DNA of 64,000 bases. Origin: Lingula anatina. Taxonomy: Eukaryota > Animalia > Brachiopoda. Where the stretch lies: positions 28,834,848 through 28,898,847 of the forward strand of contig CM120643.1 of the NCBI GenBank assembly GCA_051362555.1, given 5' to 3'. The notes below the pieces were generated by a model. The model was not told the origin of the DNA. It worked only from the letters and a program-made list of their open reading frames with translations, and made no database searches. This document shows positions 1-12,177 of the stretch, piece by piece. A program made the position numbers and the translations under genes. How positions within the stretch are numbered: the first letter of the stretch is position 1; every line of letters begins with the position of its first letter.

Positions 1-1629
1 TCCTGCAGTGGGATTCTGAAATAAGCAGCAGATCATTTGCTGGGAAGAACTTGTTCACCGCAAGTGAACACTCTACTAGAAGGTGTAGTATGTTTTGGTC
101 GATAAACTTTAAAGCTGCTGTTTCGTGGTGTGGTCATCTGTGTCAAAAGTAGTTACATGTTTTCATATAATGCCAGCTCCTGTCAGATTGGAGAACTAGT
201 ACCGAGCCATGATTGCAACCTGGAAGTTTTTATCAGGTCTGTTAGGATAGGAAACTGGCTACAGGCTCTCGTCATCATCCTTCGTTTACTTTGCTGCAGC
301 TCAGTTGACAGTCATTGTGTCGAGCTTGCGGTCTCAAATAGGGGGAGGGGGGCTTTTTCTGAAAAAGTGGACCTTCTACCAAGAAATATTTGTGTAATTA
401 GATAAAATTTTATCCAGAACACCACTGGCTACAGGCCTGTATTTGATGGTCAAAGCACCAAGGACACAAGGGACGTACAAACGGTTGTAGCTGTGGGCTA
501 GGAACTAACACGTATGTAAAGGACTTTGTATCCTTCAGTTTGAAGCTGACCACGTAGAAATAACCTTCTGACAAATATTAAGTGATCCGGTGGTAATAAA
601 TGCTTATTGAATGTTGTGCATTAATGCAGACTACCTTATCCTCAAGTTGTATTGAAGCAAATAGTCCAACTTATCTGCAGAGGACACATTTGCCTTTTAA
701 TCACTGTCCATCATGCAGTCAAATTGCTCCTTAAATTTGTCCAGGAAAATGCATTTCTTCTCTGAAAAGGACTCTTATTGACCCATACCTAACTCTGCTA
801 TGCCACATCTACATGTAGACCTATTGTTTAAGACCCACAGCTAGCAATTGTGATAAACTTGTGGCCAGTAAGTTTGAAGATTTGAGAGAAGCATTGGAAG
901 TGAATATCTGAGAAATCAACATTTGATATTTTTTTAAAGCTGGAGAGAAACCCAACTTATTTGTTACGGATGTTCAAATGGTGTAGCAATCTGACTTCTG
1001 GGCAAGAAGGTAAATACCATAAAAATGTGCCATCCCACCTGGTTATATTTCCCCAGGGAAACTGCTTACCTACTTCTGATATGGTTGTTTCATTCCTTAT
1101 AAACTCACCACCGGTTGTATGATTTTTTTTTACTGGCAGTTTGTACCCCCAGCCTGTGTACAATATAAAACGTCCCCATTTCTAATTCCATAATATTTTA
1201 TCTAAATATATATATATATATACCTAACATGACATAATTCCCCCATTGCAGTAGTATAGAATGCTGTAATAAGATTATGAATATTCCAATTTTTTACATG
1301 TCTTATGTGAGGCTACAATGGTAATTGTATAAGAGGCTGTCTTTGCCCAGTATGAAACAAGTTTATATTTTGTTATTAAGCTTTTAGTTCACTTTAAGTT
1401 CCTGTATAATGTAAAACACACAGCTTTATTTAAACGTAGATATAACACATAGGCCCTAGTGATTTTGAAATGGGTACAGTATACCTTTAAGCCTTGTAAA
1501 CTGAATGCCATTTATTTAAATGAGTACTATGCAGTAGCAGCGATGCCTTTTCTGTAATGAAATATTCTTTAAACAATCACCTGTGTTGTGTTTAATAAGT
1601 GTAAAATCAATTTTTCTTAAATATTATGA

Positions 1630-2710
1630 CAACCTTGTTATAAGGATATGACCCTGACCTGTGGTGATCTTAGAAATAGTTTCAAATGATCGGCAGTATG
1701 TCACTTAGTATGAATCGATAAAATAAACATGTTTCTGTGACATTGGCCGGGTTATCAAAATGTAGATATGATGACATTTTGTCCGAGCTAAAAATGCCAT
1801 GACCTTGAAAATAAGGTCATAACATTGACCTCTGGTGCCTTGAAAGCAATTGCATATTATTATCAGAACCTCACTTAGTAGGAAATTATATTTTAACATG
1901 CTTCTGTGACATCCAATTACAAAGGTTTAGATAATATGGGAATTTTCTGCTCGAAAAATGCAGTGTCCTTGAAATTAGGGTCATGACCTTGACCCCAAAT
2001 GACTCTGAATAAATTTGCAAAAGATTGGCGGTGCATCATTCAATAATAGTGGATACTAAAATATGTTTTGTGACATTAGGTTACCAATATATGGACATCA
2101 CATCATTTTTTTTGCTCACAAAATGTATAGATCTTATGATTAGGTCATGACCTTGACCTCCAGTGACCTTGATACTAGTTGAAAAAGATTGGGGATCCCT
2201 CACTTAGTAGGAGTTGATACTTAAAACATGTTTCTGTGACATTGGGAAACTGTCATATAGACATTATGGGGTTTTTTCCTCCAAAAATGCCTTGACCTTG
2301 TAATAAGGTCATGACCTTGACCTCCAGTGACCTTGAGACTAGTTGCAAAAGATTGGGGATCCCTCACTTAGTAGAAGTTGATACTTAAAACATGTCTCTG
2401 TGACATTGGGTTCCCAAGTTATGGATTTCAAGTCCACCCACCCCATTCAATAGCGGCCATTTTGGATTTTTGTGGAAAATGAGACTTTGCCATGGGGGGA
2501 TTCATGGGGAAAAATTTTTGGGCTATATTGGGCCTCCAACGGACCAGAATCAGTTGAGAAACCTTTGTCACCAATTTTTTCCAACCTCAATGGGGAAAAT
2601 ATGCTCGTTTACGGGCCTAGTTACCTGTTTGAAAAAAAAGAGAAAAAAGGACCGACCACCAAAAATACCGAAGAAAGCAAGTGGAATTTGTATGTTTTTG
2701 GTATAATACC
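1630..2710. mobile_element. HINE-like element with about five ~164-bp tandem units
   Basis: aggtcatgacc-like anchors recur at 1814, 1978, 2142 and 2306; units contain gacctt/aaggtc palindromes; right end has gaccgacc and an imperfect hairpin. Boundaries approximate. Confidence 0.55.
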
Positions 2711-3930
2711 TGTAGTCTTATCAGCTCCATTCCCTCCTCTCTGCTACTGATTGCTTATCGCCCTCTACATAAGCATTTTATTAGCGGAAATTTTGATTTC
2801 TCAAAGTTACATTCTGTTTTTACATCCGTTTTGTTTTATTTCCAATAGACCACAAATGCATGTGGTGTAGCATGACGATAAGTTAAAATGAGAGAAGAAA
2901 AAATACAGTGCGCTTGTATCGACCACCTTGTTTTTAAGATCTTAGTAAAGCAGAGTTTCATATACAATTGTATTTCTATACCAAAACACAATTAATTAAA
3001 TTAATATGACAAGTTAAGGCTGAAATATTTTCTTCTATTTTCGTGCACTAATTGACAGGCATATTTAAATAATGCTCAATTTCTTATAAGAAACGAAGCT
3101 TATTTTTGTTTTCTAGCCATAACCACACATTTCTGTTAAGAATTACAGGCAAAAACATTGCCTGGTAAGCAGGCATGCTGGACTATTAAGCAAAATCTTT
3201 TTTCTGGAATTTTTCAATATATTGGTGCTTAGTTATACATCTAGAAACATGGTTTTGAGAATAGTTTTCTATGTAAAACAGTGCAGTATCCTGTCTGACT
3301 TAAAGTATGTTTATTAGGAGACTTCCAGGGAATGCATGGTGTAAAAATAAATTCTATCACAACTGTAACTGTATATTGCCTGGGCTGTAAGCATGTAACG
3401 TATGTTGGTAAGATACTAGTACTGAAATAAGTTAAAGGGATAACAACTCTTCGTAGGAGATCTATATTGCATAATAAATACATTGTAAACAACTCATAGA
3501 AATATAATACATTTTATTTAACCACAAAAATGGCAGTTATAGTAATTATACTGAAATTTCTGCTTGTCATCGGACCACGTGAGCTCCATAGATGGCTATA
3601 TTACAGAAACAATCTTTTTAGAAAAAACAAGGACTAACTTTGAATGCAGAAATGGATTCATTAACCATTGGTGAGTATGGGAAAATTGTCGCTTACCCAA
3701 GGAAAATTCATTTTTTGGCCAAAATGAATAGTTGTTATTCTTTTAACAATGGAATCCACTAGAAACTCATTTTCAACATGCTTGATGGCGGTTTAGAGAA
3801 TTGCCTAGACCTTGAGTTACAGTGGTTATAATAATGAAGATAATATGATAGCAGATTTTGCAGTTTTAACAGTTAAAACTGTTAAACAATGGGTAGAAGT
3901 GATAATTATCAAATAATTGTTTTGTGAATA

Positions 3931-5175
3931 ATTGTACCACCAGCATACAAAAAACAAAAAACAAAAACAAAAAGATAATATAAGGCTCAGCGAGGCAGAC
4001 AACGTCTGATCAAAAAAGACATGATATATTTCGTGAAATTCGAATACCTTTCAGTTCTGAACACCTCCGATTTCATGAATTTCAACCAAAATGACTTTCT
4101 CTTTATTTCAAATTTAATTGAAATTAAAATTAATATTTCCTTCTGTACGAAATGTATAGCACATTACTGTAACTCCAAAATTGCATCTCAGGCTGGAGAA
4201 ACCATCTTTGTGCCCTGATAATAAACCCACTGAACACCCGTGGCATGAATTGAAGTGTGCAATCCAGAGGAGAACAAAACTCCCGTGAAATTCCGCCTAG
4301 GTTTTTAGGAAACATGGGACAAGATCCCACAAAATAGAACTGTTATCCTTGTTGAAGGCAGAAGCGCCATATACAGGAGGTAATTATAGTAATAAACGTG
4401 ACCTTTAACGAGCACGCCCTTATGCTAACTGTGTGTAAATTTGGGGACATTTGGCTGTGTCTTTTCAATTCAATGGGCATTTCTTTACCTCTGTAGAAAT
4501 GACAGTGGAACATCAGATTTGAGGGGGTGCATGTGATAAATGTGAATAAATGGTATTAAATATGGATATATTCACCGTTAGTTTGTTTTTTCTGTACCAC
4601 TAATCATGTTAGTTATGGTATCTGGAATGAAAATCACCAGGCATAGCAAGTTACTCCTGTGACGAAACTAGAGGTGGGACAACCTTTTTGACAAATGTTG
4701 TATCTCCAAGATTGGCAGAGATAGACACATAGTTACTATTAAAGTTGAATAGGAAGTTATATATTGACAATCTAACTGTGACCTTGAAATTGACCGTTGA
4801 CCTACTTTTCACTGTGAACTGAACTTTGCAACTTTTTCATCCCTATATCTTTGAAACTGGCAGAGATATGCCCATAGTTACTATTGAATTTTATTAGGAA
4901 ATCATATATTGACAGTCTTCCTGTGACCTTGAATTTGACCTTTGACCTCCTTTTCGCCATGAACTGCACTTCACAAATTTGGATTTGACCTTTTTCTTTT
5001 CCCCATGATTTTATTATAAATTGTAGTTTTAAACAAACAACAAAACCTCTTGTTAACTGCATTTTGAAGAACTTGGCAAGTTCAACACTGGAGGTGTGTC
5101 CCTTTTTTTTTGTTTTCCCGCAAATGCGTTTGCTCCAGCTGGTGGTACAATACTAGGAGGCGTTATCTCCTTTCT
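3931..5175 (+). mobile_element. Helentron-associated (HINE/DINE-1-like) non-autonomous element
   Basis: Perfect 14-bp subterminal inverted repeats attgtaccaccagc (3931-3944) and gctggtggtacaat (5138-5151), 3' hairpin aggag-N7-ctcct (5155-5171), two ~146-bp internal units (4700-4990); absent from the paralogous site near 23255. Confidence 0.75.
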
Positions 5176-5363
5176 GATTCTTTAGTTCACATTGTGAAAC
5201 TAAAGTCTTTTAAACTGTGCAATAAAAATTAAATAGGTGTCCTGTACATGATTTTTTTGGAGTAAAAATAATGAGATGTTTAAGAAACTTTCTTTGAAAC
5301 AGCAGATTCAATTGCATCTTAAAATATAAAGTTTTGAACATTTAATAGTCGTTCTTTTCTTAG

Positions 5364-5566
5364 AGAGTGGAACAGACCCGGACCCTTGTGAAAATACTTT
5401 CGGCGGCAAGAAGGCATTTTCTGAACCAGAAACCCAGGCGATGAGTCATTTCATCTTGTCTAAGAAGCGTTACATTAAGGTTTACATTAGTCTCCATAGT
5501 TACAATAATTACTGGCTGACGTCATGGGGGTACACCAGAAACCTTCCAAGTGATTATCAAGAACTG
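5364..5566 (+). CDS. Carboxypeptidase copy 1, exon carrying SEPE and LHSY (His196)
   Basis: ttttcttag acceptor, gtgag donor, 203 nt; same size as and highly similar to 23439-23641. Confidence 0.9.
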
Positions 5567-8500
5567 GTGAGATAATATTATTAATATTATTATTTTTATA
5601 TGATGTGCAATTATCTAAATTTGCACATATTTTCCAAATACGTTAAAGCAAATAGAATAACAAGTAAAAATGGCACCATCTGAGTTTTGTTACGGAATTC
5701 AGACGAACTTAAATGTCTTCATTTCCGGCAAAACTACTAATACTTTAGCTATTTCCCAATTCAGGCATTAAAAACCCCTCAAACAAAAGTACGTAATGTC
5801 GCTGTATCTTTCTGGTATGTACAGGAAGACACAGTGATCTGATCTGTGACTGGTCGTCATTTTTTTGCTGCGCACTTACTTGTCTACCATTATTTCTTAC
5901 CCTTCTCTCCTCAAATTCTGACTTGATTTAACTCTCATTTACGAGAATTCCGGTAATCCCATTTGATTTCCTTTTACCAGTCTACATCTTCATTCTACAG
6001 TGACTCAAAAACTAGGTAATAAGAGGATGCAGCATATATTTCAAAACAAATTGTCTGCAAATTAAGCACAAATTTTCACCCTTAAAATTCGTGACACGTT
6101 TTCATACCATGCTCCTATTATTTCTGCAAGTATTATCTCCTCAAAATGCATAAAGATAAATTGTTATCTTATCGTGTTGTTAGAAAAACTGCTTTTTCTC
6201 CGAGTCCACGACTTTATTCCCGTTCACCTCCAGCTAAAAATTACCACTACACGTCACTTCCGGCACAATTCTGATGAATTTTCTCTCCTCCGGTACCCCT
6301 AAACAAACCCCAAAACAGATTGAAGACTGTATTACTCCATTCCAGCTAAGAATCGCCAAAATAGCCGCAGCTGCCATATCTGCTGTCGGAAACGAAGTAT
6401 ATGAGACTGGATCTGCTGCGAGAATGCTAGGTATGTATATACCACACACGCACACACACAAAAAAAAATACTGTACTAGTAGAGTGTTTATCACTTACTT
6501 CGGAACGGAGAGTTATGCAAAACAACAACGTTTCGCTCTTCAGCAAAACGAGGCTCTTGAGACAAGAGCGAAACGTTGCTGTCTTGCATAACTCTTCGTT
6601 CATAAGTAAGAGGTTAACATCACTAGAAACAGTGACTAATAAAATTCCTTGGAACCACTCACAATCTCATTGATAAATTGTATAAGTAGTTTTGAAATTT
6701 TTGGTAAGGAACCGGGAATTATTTAATTCGAAGGGGGGTGGAGAGGAAAATTCCTGTGATACAAAATAAAAAAAATCGAGACCACCCTTGAAAACATTCA
6801 CTTTTTTTTTCAGTACCCCTTTTTAAATTCATAGAAAGATTCACCCCTCCCCCCCCCCCCCCATACTCAATAAAAATGAAAGAAACATTGAAATTTAATA
6901 TTTTACTATGGTTTGGAACTATAGTCTATTAATGATATGCTAGTGAATGCGTACTGCCTGAAGTTAAAGAGCTAGGATATTCAAAAACAGAAAGTTCCAC
7001 TTTATATGACTGTAGGATCTAAGAACTCTTGTATCCTAGTAAGACTGCAGTGTTAATTAAAGAGGCAAAGTATAAACAGGTGATATTGTTTGCCTTCCTT
7101 TCTAAATTTGAGAAGGCGCAACCAGCAGAAACTGATGAGAGTTCTCGTGGTGATTCAGAGAGTAATTCATAAAAGGGATAAGCATTGACATTTTATTATA
7201 ATTGCTCTGTCCAATGAAAAAGTTCCAGGCGTTGTAAATTATCTAAAATAATGGCATAAAAAGTAGGTAATAAAGATAAAAATACTCCACTCATGTGGGT
7301 TCTTTAATTTTAGATACTACAGAATTTATTCCATTCATTCTTATTAAAGAAAAATAATAGCATGAAAAGAAAGATGAAAAATATAAGCTGTATGTATAAA
7401 ACTGTATGTAAATCATGAAAGATTTAACAAACAGGTCAATGTCAAACATACTATACCATGTAGTGCTTAATTTAATATTATACTTGAAAAGAAAGTGTAA
7501 ACAAGGAAGCAAAGCTGTCAAATGTACAGATGAAAAGCAGAAAGTAATAATGCACAAAATTGGATACTGTAATGACGCAATGATACATTATGCTTAACTG
7601 CAAAGTCAGCATCCATTTTTTATTATGCAGAACAGGTAATACCGATGAAAGTAAAAGATTCAGGCCCACGAGAGTTCAAGTTCACACTTTGAAGATGCCA
7701 GAATGAGAAAAATGAAAATTTCCCCAAAAATTGCACAAATTTAATAAAAATGATAATCAAAGAGAGATGGTTTTCTAATTTGAGCTTATGTCAATCCTAG
7801 GAATCATTCTTGTAAGTTAAAAAATAATAAATAACACAGTTTAATTTTCAAAACGTTAGTGGTGGTAGTGCACGAAGTAGGTTTTTGTCAAATTTGGTGC
7901 AATATTACTTAATGATTAACTGTATAATTACCACCAATTTTTAATTATCTACCATTAATACCATGGACGTTTAGAAAATTTGATTGCCACTGAGCTTCAT
8001 GCCTGTGGGAGTTCTATGTCCCGCATTGAAAATGCCAATATGTGAAAGATCACAAAAATGTACAACAGAAAAAGAAGCCAATTAAAATGCTTTTCCAACT
8101 CAGGCTTCGTTTTAGTCCTATGTTTATTTCCAGTAAAGTTTAAGAAAAGTAACTGATATGGTTTCTCTACAAATAAATAGTCATTATGGAGGCAGTTCAA
8201 AAGGGAAAAAAACTCATTTCAGTACAGTTATCTCTTGTTTACATTTTGGCGTTTTCATGGTTTGACTGTGAAGTCCTATGGGTCTGAAGACTTTTGCTAG
8301 TCACATTTTCTAAATACCCTTGTTTCCTGCAGTGCATAATTAAATATTAATAATAATAAACTTTATTTAAAGAGGGTAAAACATGTTTAGTGCGCACACT
8401 TATCTTACACATGGCCCATATTGGTGACGATTATGCTGTAAAAGCATTATATAATATTGCATTAAAATTGAAGGAAAACTGCTGCCATAGTGACCATTTA

Positions 8501-9351
8501 AGGAAAACCATCCCCCTTACACTTCTCAAACTTACAAGAAAGAAACATAGGACTAAAATACAACTTTAGCTTAAAAAACGAGTCTGATTTGTTGATTTTT
8601 CGGGAATACATTTTTCACTTATCATGTTATTGGTGAAAGTGCACAGCGACATCGGTGTCTGTACATTTAAAAAATGTATTACTCTTGCAAATTTTATTAG
8701 AAATTTAAGAAAAACTTAGTTGTACCACCACGTGGTTTTAGTCCCGTCCGTATCGCTGCCGCCATTACCGTTACCGCTTCTCCTCCTAGACTACAAGGCC
8801 CTGTGTACCCATCTCTGTGCTTTAGGTCACCTATAATCTCAACTCGATCCACGTAAAATCTGGGCTTTGTCTGTGCTGGGGTCTAGGTGTGTCGCTCATT
8901 GCAATGCACCCTTGTCCAAAATAAGCAAAATTTAATGCTAATTATCTACCATACCGAATGAATTATGGGAAAATTTTCTATATAGACAGCTGACCGAAAG
9001 TCATATGTGGAGATTTCAAATATGCCCTTGGATTTGACCTTTGATCTTAATTTCAAGGCCAAACGGGCCGAAATTTTCAATAAAACGATTTTTTTTACGA
9101 AAAAAAAATTTATTTACGCTGATGTTCATAAAACTACACAGACCTAACCTATAATATTATTGGCAAGTGTTACCTTTCATGACATCTTTCATCTCAGTGA
9201 GTTTGGGGTCAATTGGTGCTATTTCACGGAAGTAGCGGCCATAAGATACCGAAACTGAAAACTGTCTCTAATTCGGAACCGTTAATGCTAGAGATCTATT
9301 CTTTTTTGCATTTTGTAGAGCATGTCAAGCCGAACACTGAAAGTGGTTTCC

Positions 9352-9410
<59 letters not shown>

Positions 9411-12177
9411 CCATGCGGTTTACGAGTAAGGCTGTATCAAAAAGTACATTGTGGTGGTGCAAGCAAAATGTGCAATACGGTAATATGTAAAAAAAAACCT
9501 CTGGAAAATATAACATAGAGCTTGGCGAGGCAGACAACTTCTGGTCAAAAATGACATTAATTCATGAAATTTGAACATCTTGAACTTCTGAGCACCTACC
9601 ATTTCCAGAATTTCAACCAAAATGACCTATTCTTTATTTCAAATAATTTCTTTTGTAGGAAATTTATGGCACATTATTGTAACTCCATAATTGTAACATT
9701 AAGTCCTTCATATCTCCAAAACTGGCAGAGATAGTTGAATAGGAAGTCATATACTGGCAATTTAACTGTGACCTTGAAATTGATTTTTGATCTACTTTTC
9801 ACCATGAACTGAACTTTGCAACATTTAAGTCCCTTATATCTCCAAAACTGGCAAAGAAACGCCTATAGTTACTATTGAACTTGAATAGGAAATCATACAC
9901 TGGCAATCTAAGTGTGACCTTTAAATTGACCTTTGACTTACTTTTCATCATGAATTGAACTTTGCAAATTTTCGTTCCCTTTTATCTCTAAAACTGGCAG
10001 AGATAGGTTCATAGTTACTATTGAACTTGAATAGGAAGTGATATACTGGCAATTTAACTGTGACCTTGAAATTGACCTTTGACCCTTTATCATGATGAAC
10101 CGCACTTTGCAAATTTTCTGATCTTTATATCTCCACAACTGTCAGAGATATGCACATAGTTACTATTAAACTTAAATAGGAAGTCATATACTGGCAATCT
10201 AACTTTGACCCTAAAAATGACCTTTGACCTACTTTTCACCATGAACTGAACTTTGCAACATTTCCGTCCCTTGTATCTCCAAAACTGGTAGAGATACACA
10301 CATATTTACTATTAAACTTGCTTAGGAAGTCATATACTGGCAATCTAAGTGTGACCTTTAAATTTACTTTTGACCTTCTCTTTATCACGAACTGAACTCT
10401 GCAAATTTCTTTCCCTTTTAACTCCAAAGCTGGTAGAGATAGGTCCATAGTTACTATTGAAGTTGAATAGGAAGTCATATACTGGTAATCTTACTGTGAC
10501 CTTGAAATTGACCTATGAGCTTTTTTTCATGATAAACCGCACTTTGCAAATTTTCTGATCTTTATATCTCCAAAACTGGCAGAGATATGCACATAGTTAC
10601 TATTAAACTTGAATAGGAAGTCATATACTGGCAATCTAACTTTGACCCTAAAAATGACCTTTGACCTCATTTTCACCATGAACTTCCCTTTTATCTCCAA
10701 AACTGGCAGAGTTAGGTCCATAGTTACTGTTGAAGTTAAATAGGAAATCATATACTGGTAATCTGTGTTCTTGAAATTGACCTTTGACCTACTTTTCATG
10801 ATTAACTGCACTTTGCAAATTTTCTGGTCTTTATATGTCAAAACTGGCAAAGATACGCCCATAGTTAGTATTGAACATGAATAGGAAGTGATCTAACTGT
10901 GACCCTGAAAGTAAGTTTTGACCTAATTTTCACCATGAATTGATATTTGCAAATTTTCTATCCCTTATATCTAAAAAACCGACAGAGATGCACCCAAAGT
11001 TGCTGATGAACTTGAATATGAAGTCATACACTAGCCATCTATTTGTGACTTTAAAATTGACCTTTGGTCTACTTTTTATGATGAACTGCTTTTTGCGTGT
11101 TTTCTGTTCTTTAAATCTCCAAAAATGGCAAATTGAACTTCATATACTTTGATATTGAAATTGACCTTTGACCTATTTTTTCACCATGAACTGAGCTTTG
11201 CATATTTTCTGGCCCCTCATATCTTCAAAACTAGTAGAGACGTGCTCAGTGTTGTCCCTAGGTTTTCTCTTTTGTCAGAATTTATACAACACTGACAACA
11301 CATTTCAAGGAAAACCCATAGGCGGCTTATTGTCTAGAGAATCACAGGAGTGATCAATGTTAGGAAAATGCAGGTCAATTCAAAAATCTGCTTGATTGTA
11401 CCATTTTTAGTTATATATATTTTTGCATATTTTGAGAACTCTTTTTGATTGCATTTTATAGAGCTTGTCAAGCAAAAAACTGGTGGTGGTGTCCATTTTT
11501 GGAGGGTTTTCCATACGAATGCGCTTACTCCAGCTGTTGGTTCAATATCCGGAGGCGGTACTAGTTGAATGATGAAAAACGTGAATTCATATGTTTGTGT
11601 AGCCAACATGACTCTTCTTCGATACCCCCACCCCATCTGTCATTTTCAATTTACCCCCAACCTCCCTTAATTTTTGCTAAAAAATTTCCAGGGTTCCCCA
11701 TTTTCTCCTCCACCCCTCACCCTTCTTATTTAACTGTGGGTGCCAGTCTTAAATAACAATTTCCATTTGTCTTTACAAATTTCCGAAAAAAAAATAAAAG
11801 TGGTGTTTATGGTCTAATTAATAGATTAAGTATCTGAAGTTGTAAAGATAATGATGCCACGAAAACATTAGTGCTATAATTCACCATGTTATTTTGAAAT
11901 CTCTGTCATAAGAAATTATCTCTCTTCCACTTTCTTATTTTTTTTAGGTGCTGCTTCTGGAGGCTCTGACGACTGGGCTAAAGCTAAAGCGGGTATTAAG
12001 TATTCCTACACTGTAGAATTGAGTCCCAGTACGAGAAGGTTTACTAGCCTTTTTGAGTTCGAGCTTCCCCCTCGTTTCATCCCACTCGTAGGCAAAGATC
12101 TTTATGTGGGTCTGAAAGCTGTAGCTGAAGCACTGCAGGAAAAATTAACCCTTGAGATGAATGTCGGTTGCATCTAG
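5364..12177 (+). CDS. M14A (carboxypeptidase A/B-type) zinc carboxypeptidase, copy 1; only the last three coding exons are visible (5364-5566, 6346-6430, 11948-12177)
   Basis: Exons join in frame through GT-AG sites: (E)SGTDPDPCENTFGGKKAFSEPETQAMSHFILSKKRYIKVYISLHSYNNYWLTSWGYTRNLPSDYQEL / LRIAKIAAAAISAVGNEVYETGSAARML / GAASGGSDDWAKAKAGIKYSYTVEL...EMNVGCI*. Contains the zinc ligand His196 (LHSY), Glu270 (TVEL) and CPB-like GGSDDW. The 5' exons were not found in 1-5363. Confidence 0.88.
6346..6430 (+). CDS. Carboxypeptidase copy 1, penultimate exon
   Basis: ttccag acceptor, gtatgt donor, 85 nt; LRIAKIAAAAISAVGNEVYETGSAARML; paralogous to 24556-24643. Confidence 0.88.
7500..8672. mobile_element. 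HINE-like element (aacaaggcagcaaagctgtcaaatgtacaga family)
   Basis: Starts aacaaggaagcaaagctgtcaaatgtacaga and ends gtctgtacatttaaaaa; same ends as 45411-47281; absent at the paralogous site near 25083. Confidence 0.7.
8720..11562 (+). mobile_element. Composite of two HINE-like elements (about 8720-9480 and 9515-11562)
   Basis: ttgtaccaccac (8720) pairs with gtggtggtgcaa (9451); the second part shares its leader (9515-9695) and tail (11445-11560) with the 3931-5175 element; the whole block is absent in copy 2 near 25135. Confidence 0.65.
9700..11245. repeat. Tandem array of about 11 degenerate ~146-bp units
   Basis: tatctccaaaactggcagag anchors at 9837, 9983, 10128, 10274, ~10420 and 10565; the unit contains ataggaagtcatatactggcaat...gtgaccttgaaattgacctttgacc. 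Confidence 0.9.
11948..12177 (+). CDS. Carboxypeptidase copy 1, last coding exon (GGSDDW, Glu270)
   Basis: tttttag acceptor, 230 nt to TAG; paralogous to 25529-25758. Confidence 0.92.

Noticed and set aside
130-520. Possible decayed DIRS-type tyrosine recombinase (QIGELVP, RGRG, ICV, YRP fragments)
   Set aside because: The catalytic Arg, SKTDQ and HSFRIG motifs are absent and the frame is broken; the similarity is too weak to call without an HMM search.
9938-11152. Cluster of similar ORFs in the supplied track
   Set aside because: They are translations of the 146-bp tandem repeat.
6705-11752. Single large element with G-rich/C-rich inverted ends spanning the intron
   Set aside because: The end similarity is low-complexity, and the right-hand end is also present in copy 2 without the left-hand end.
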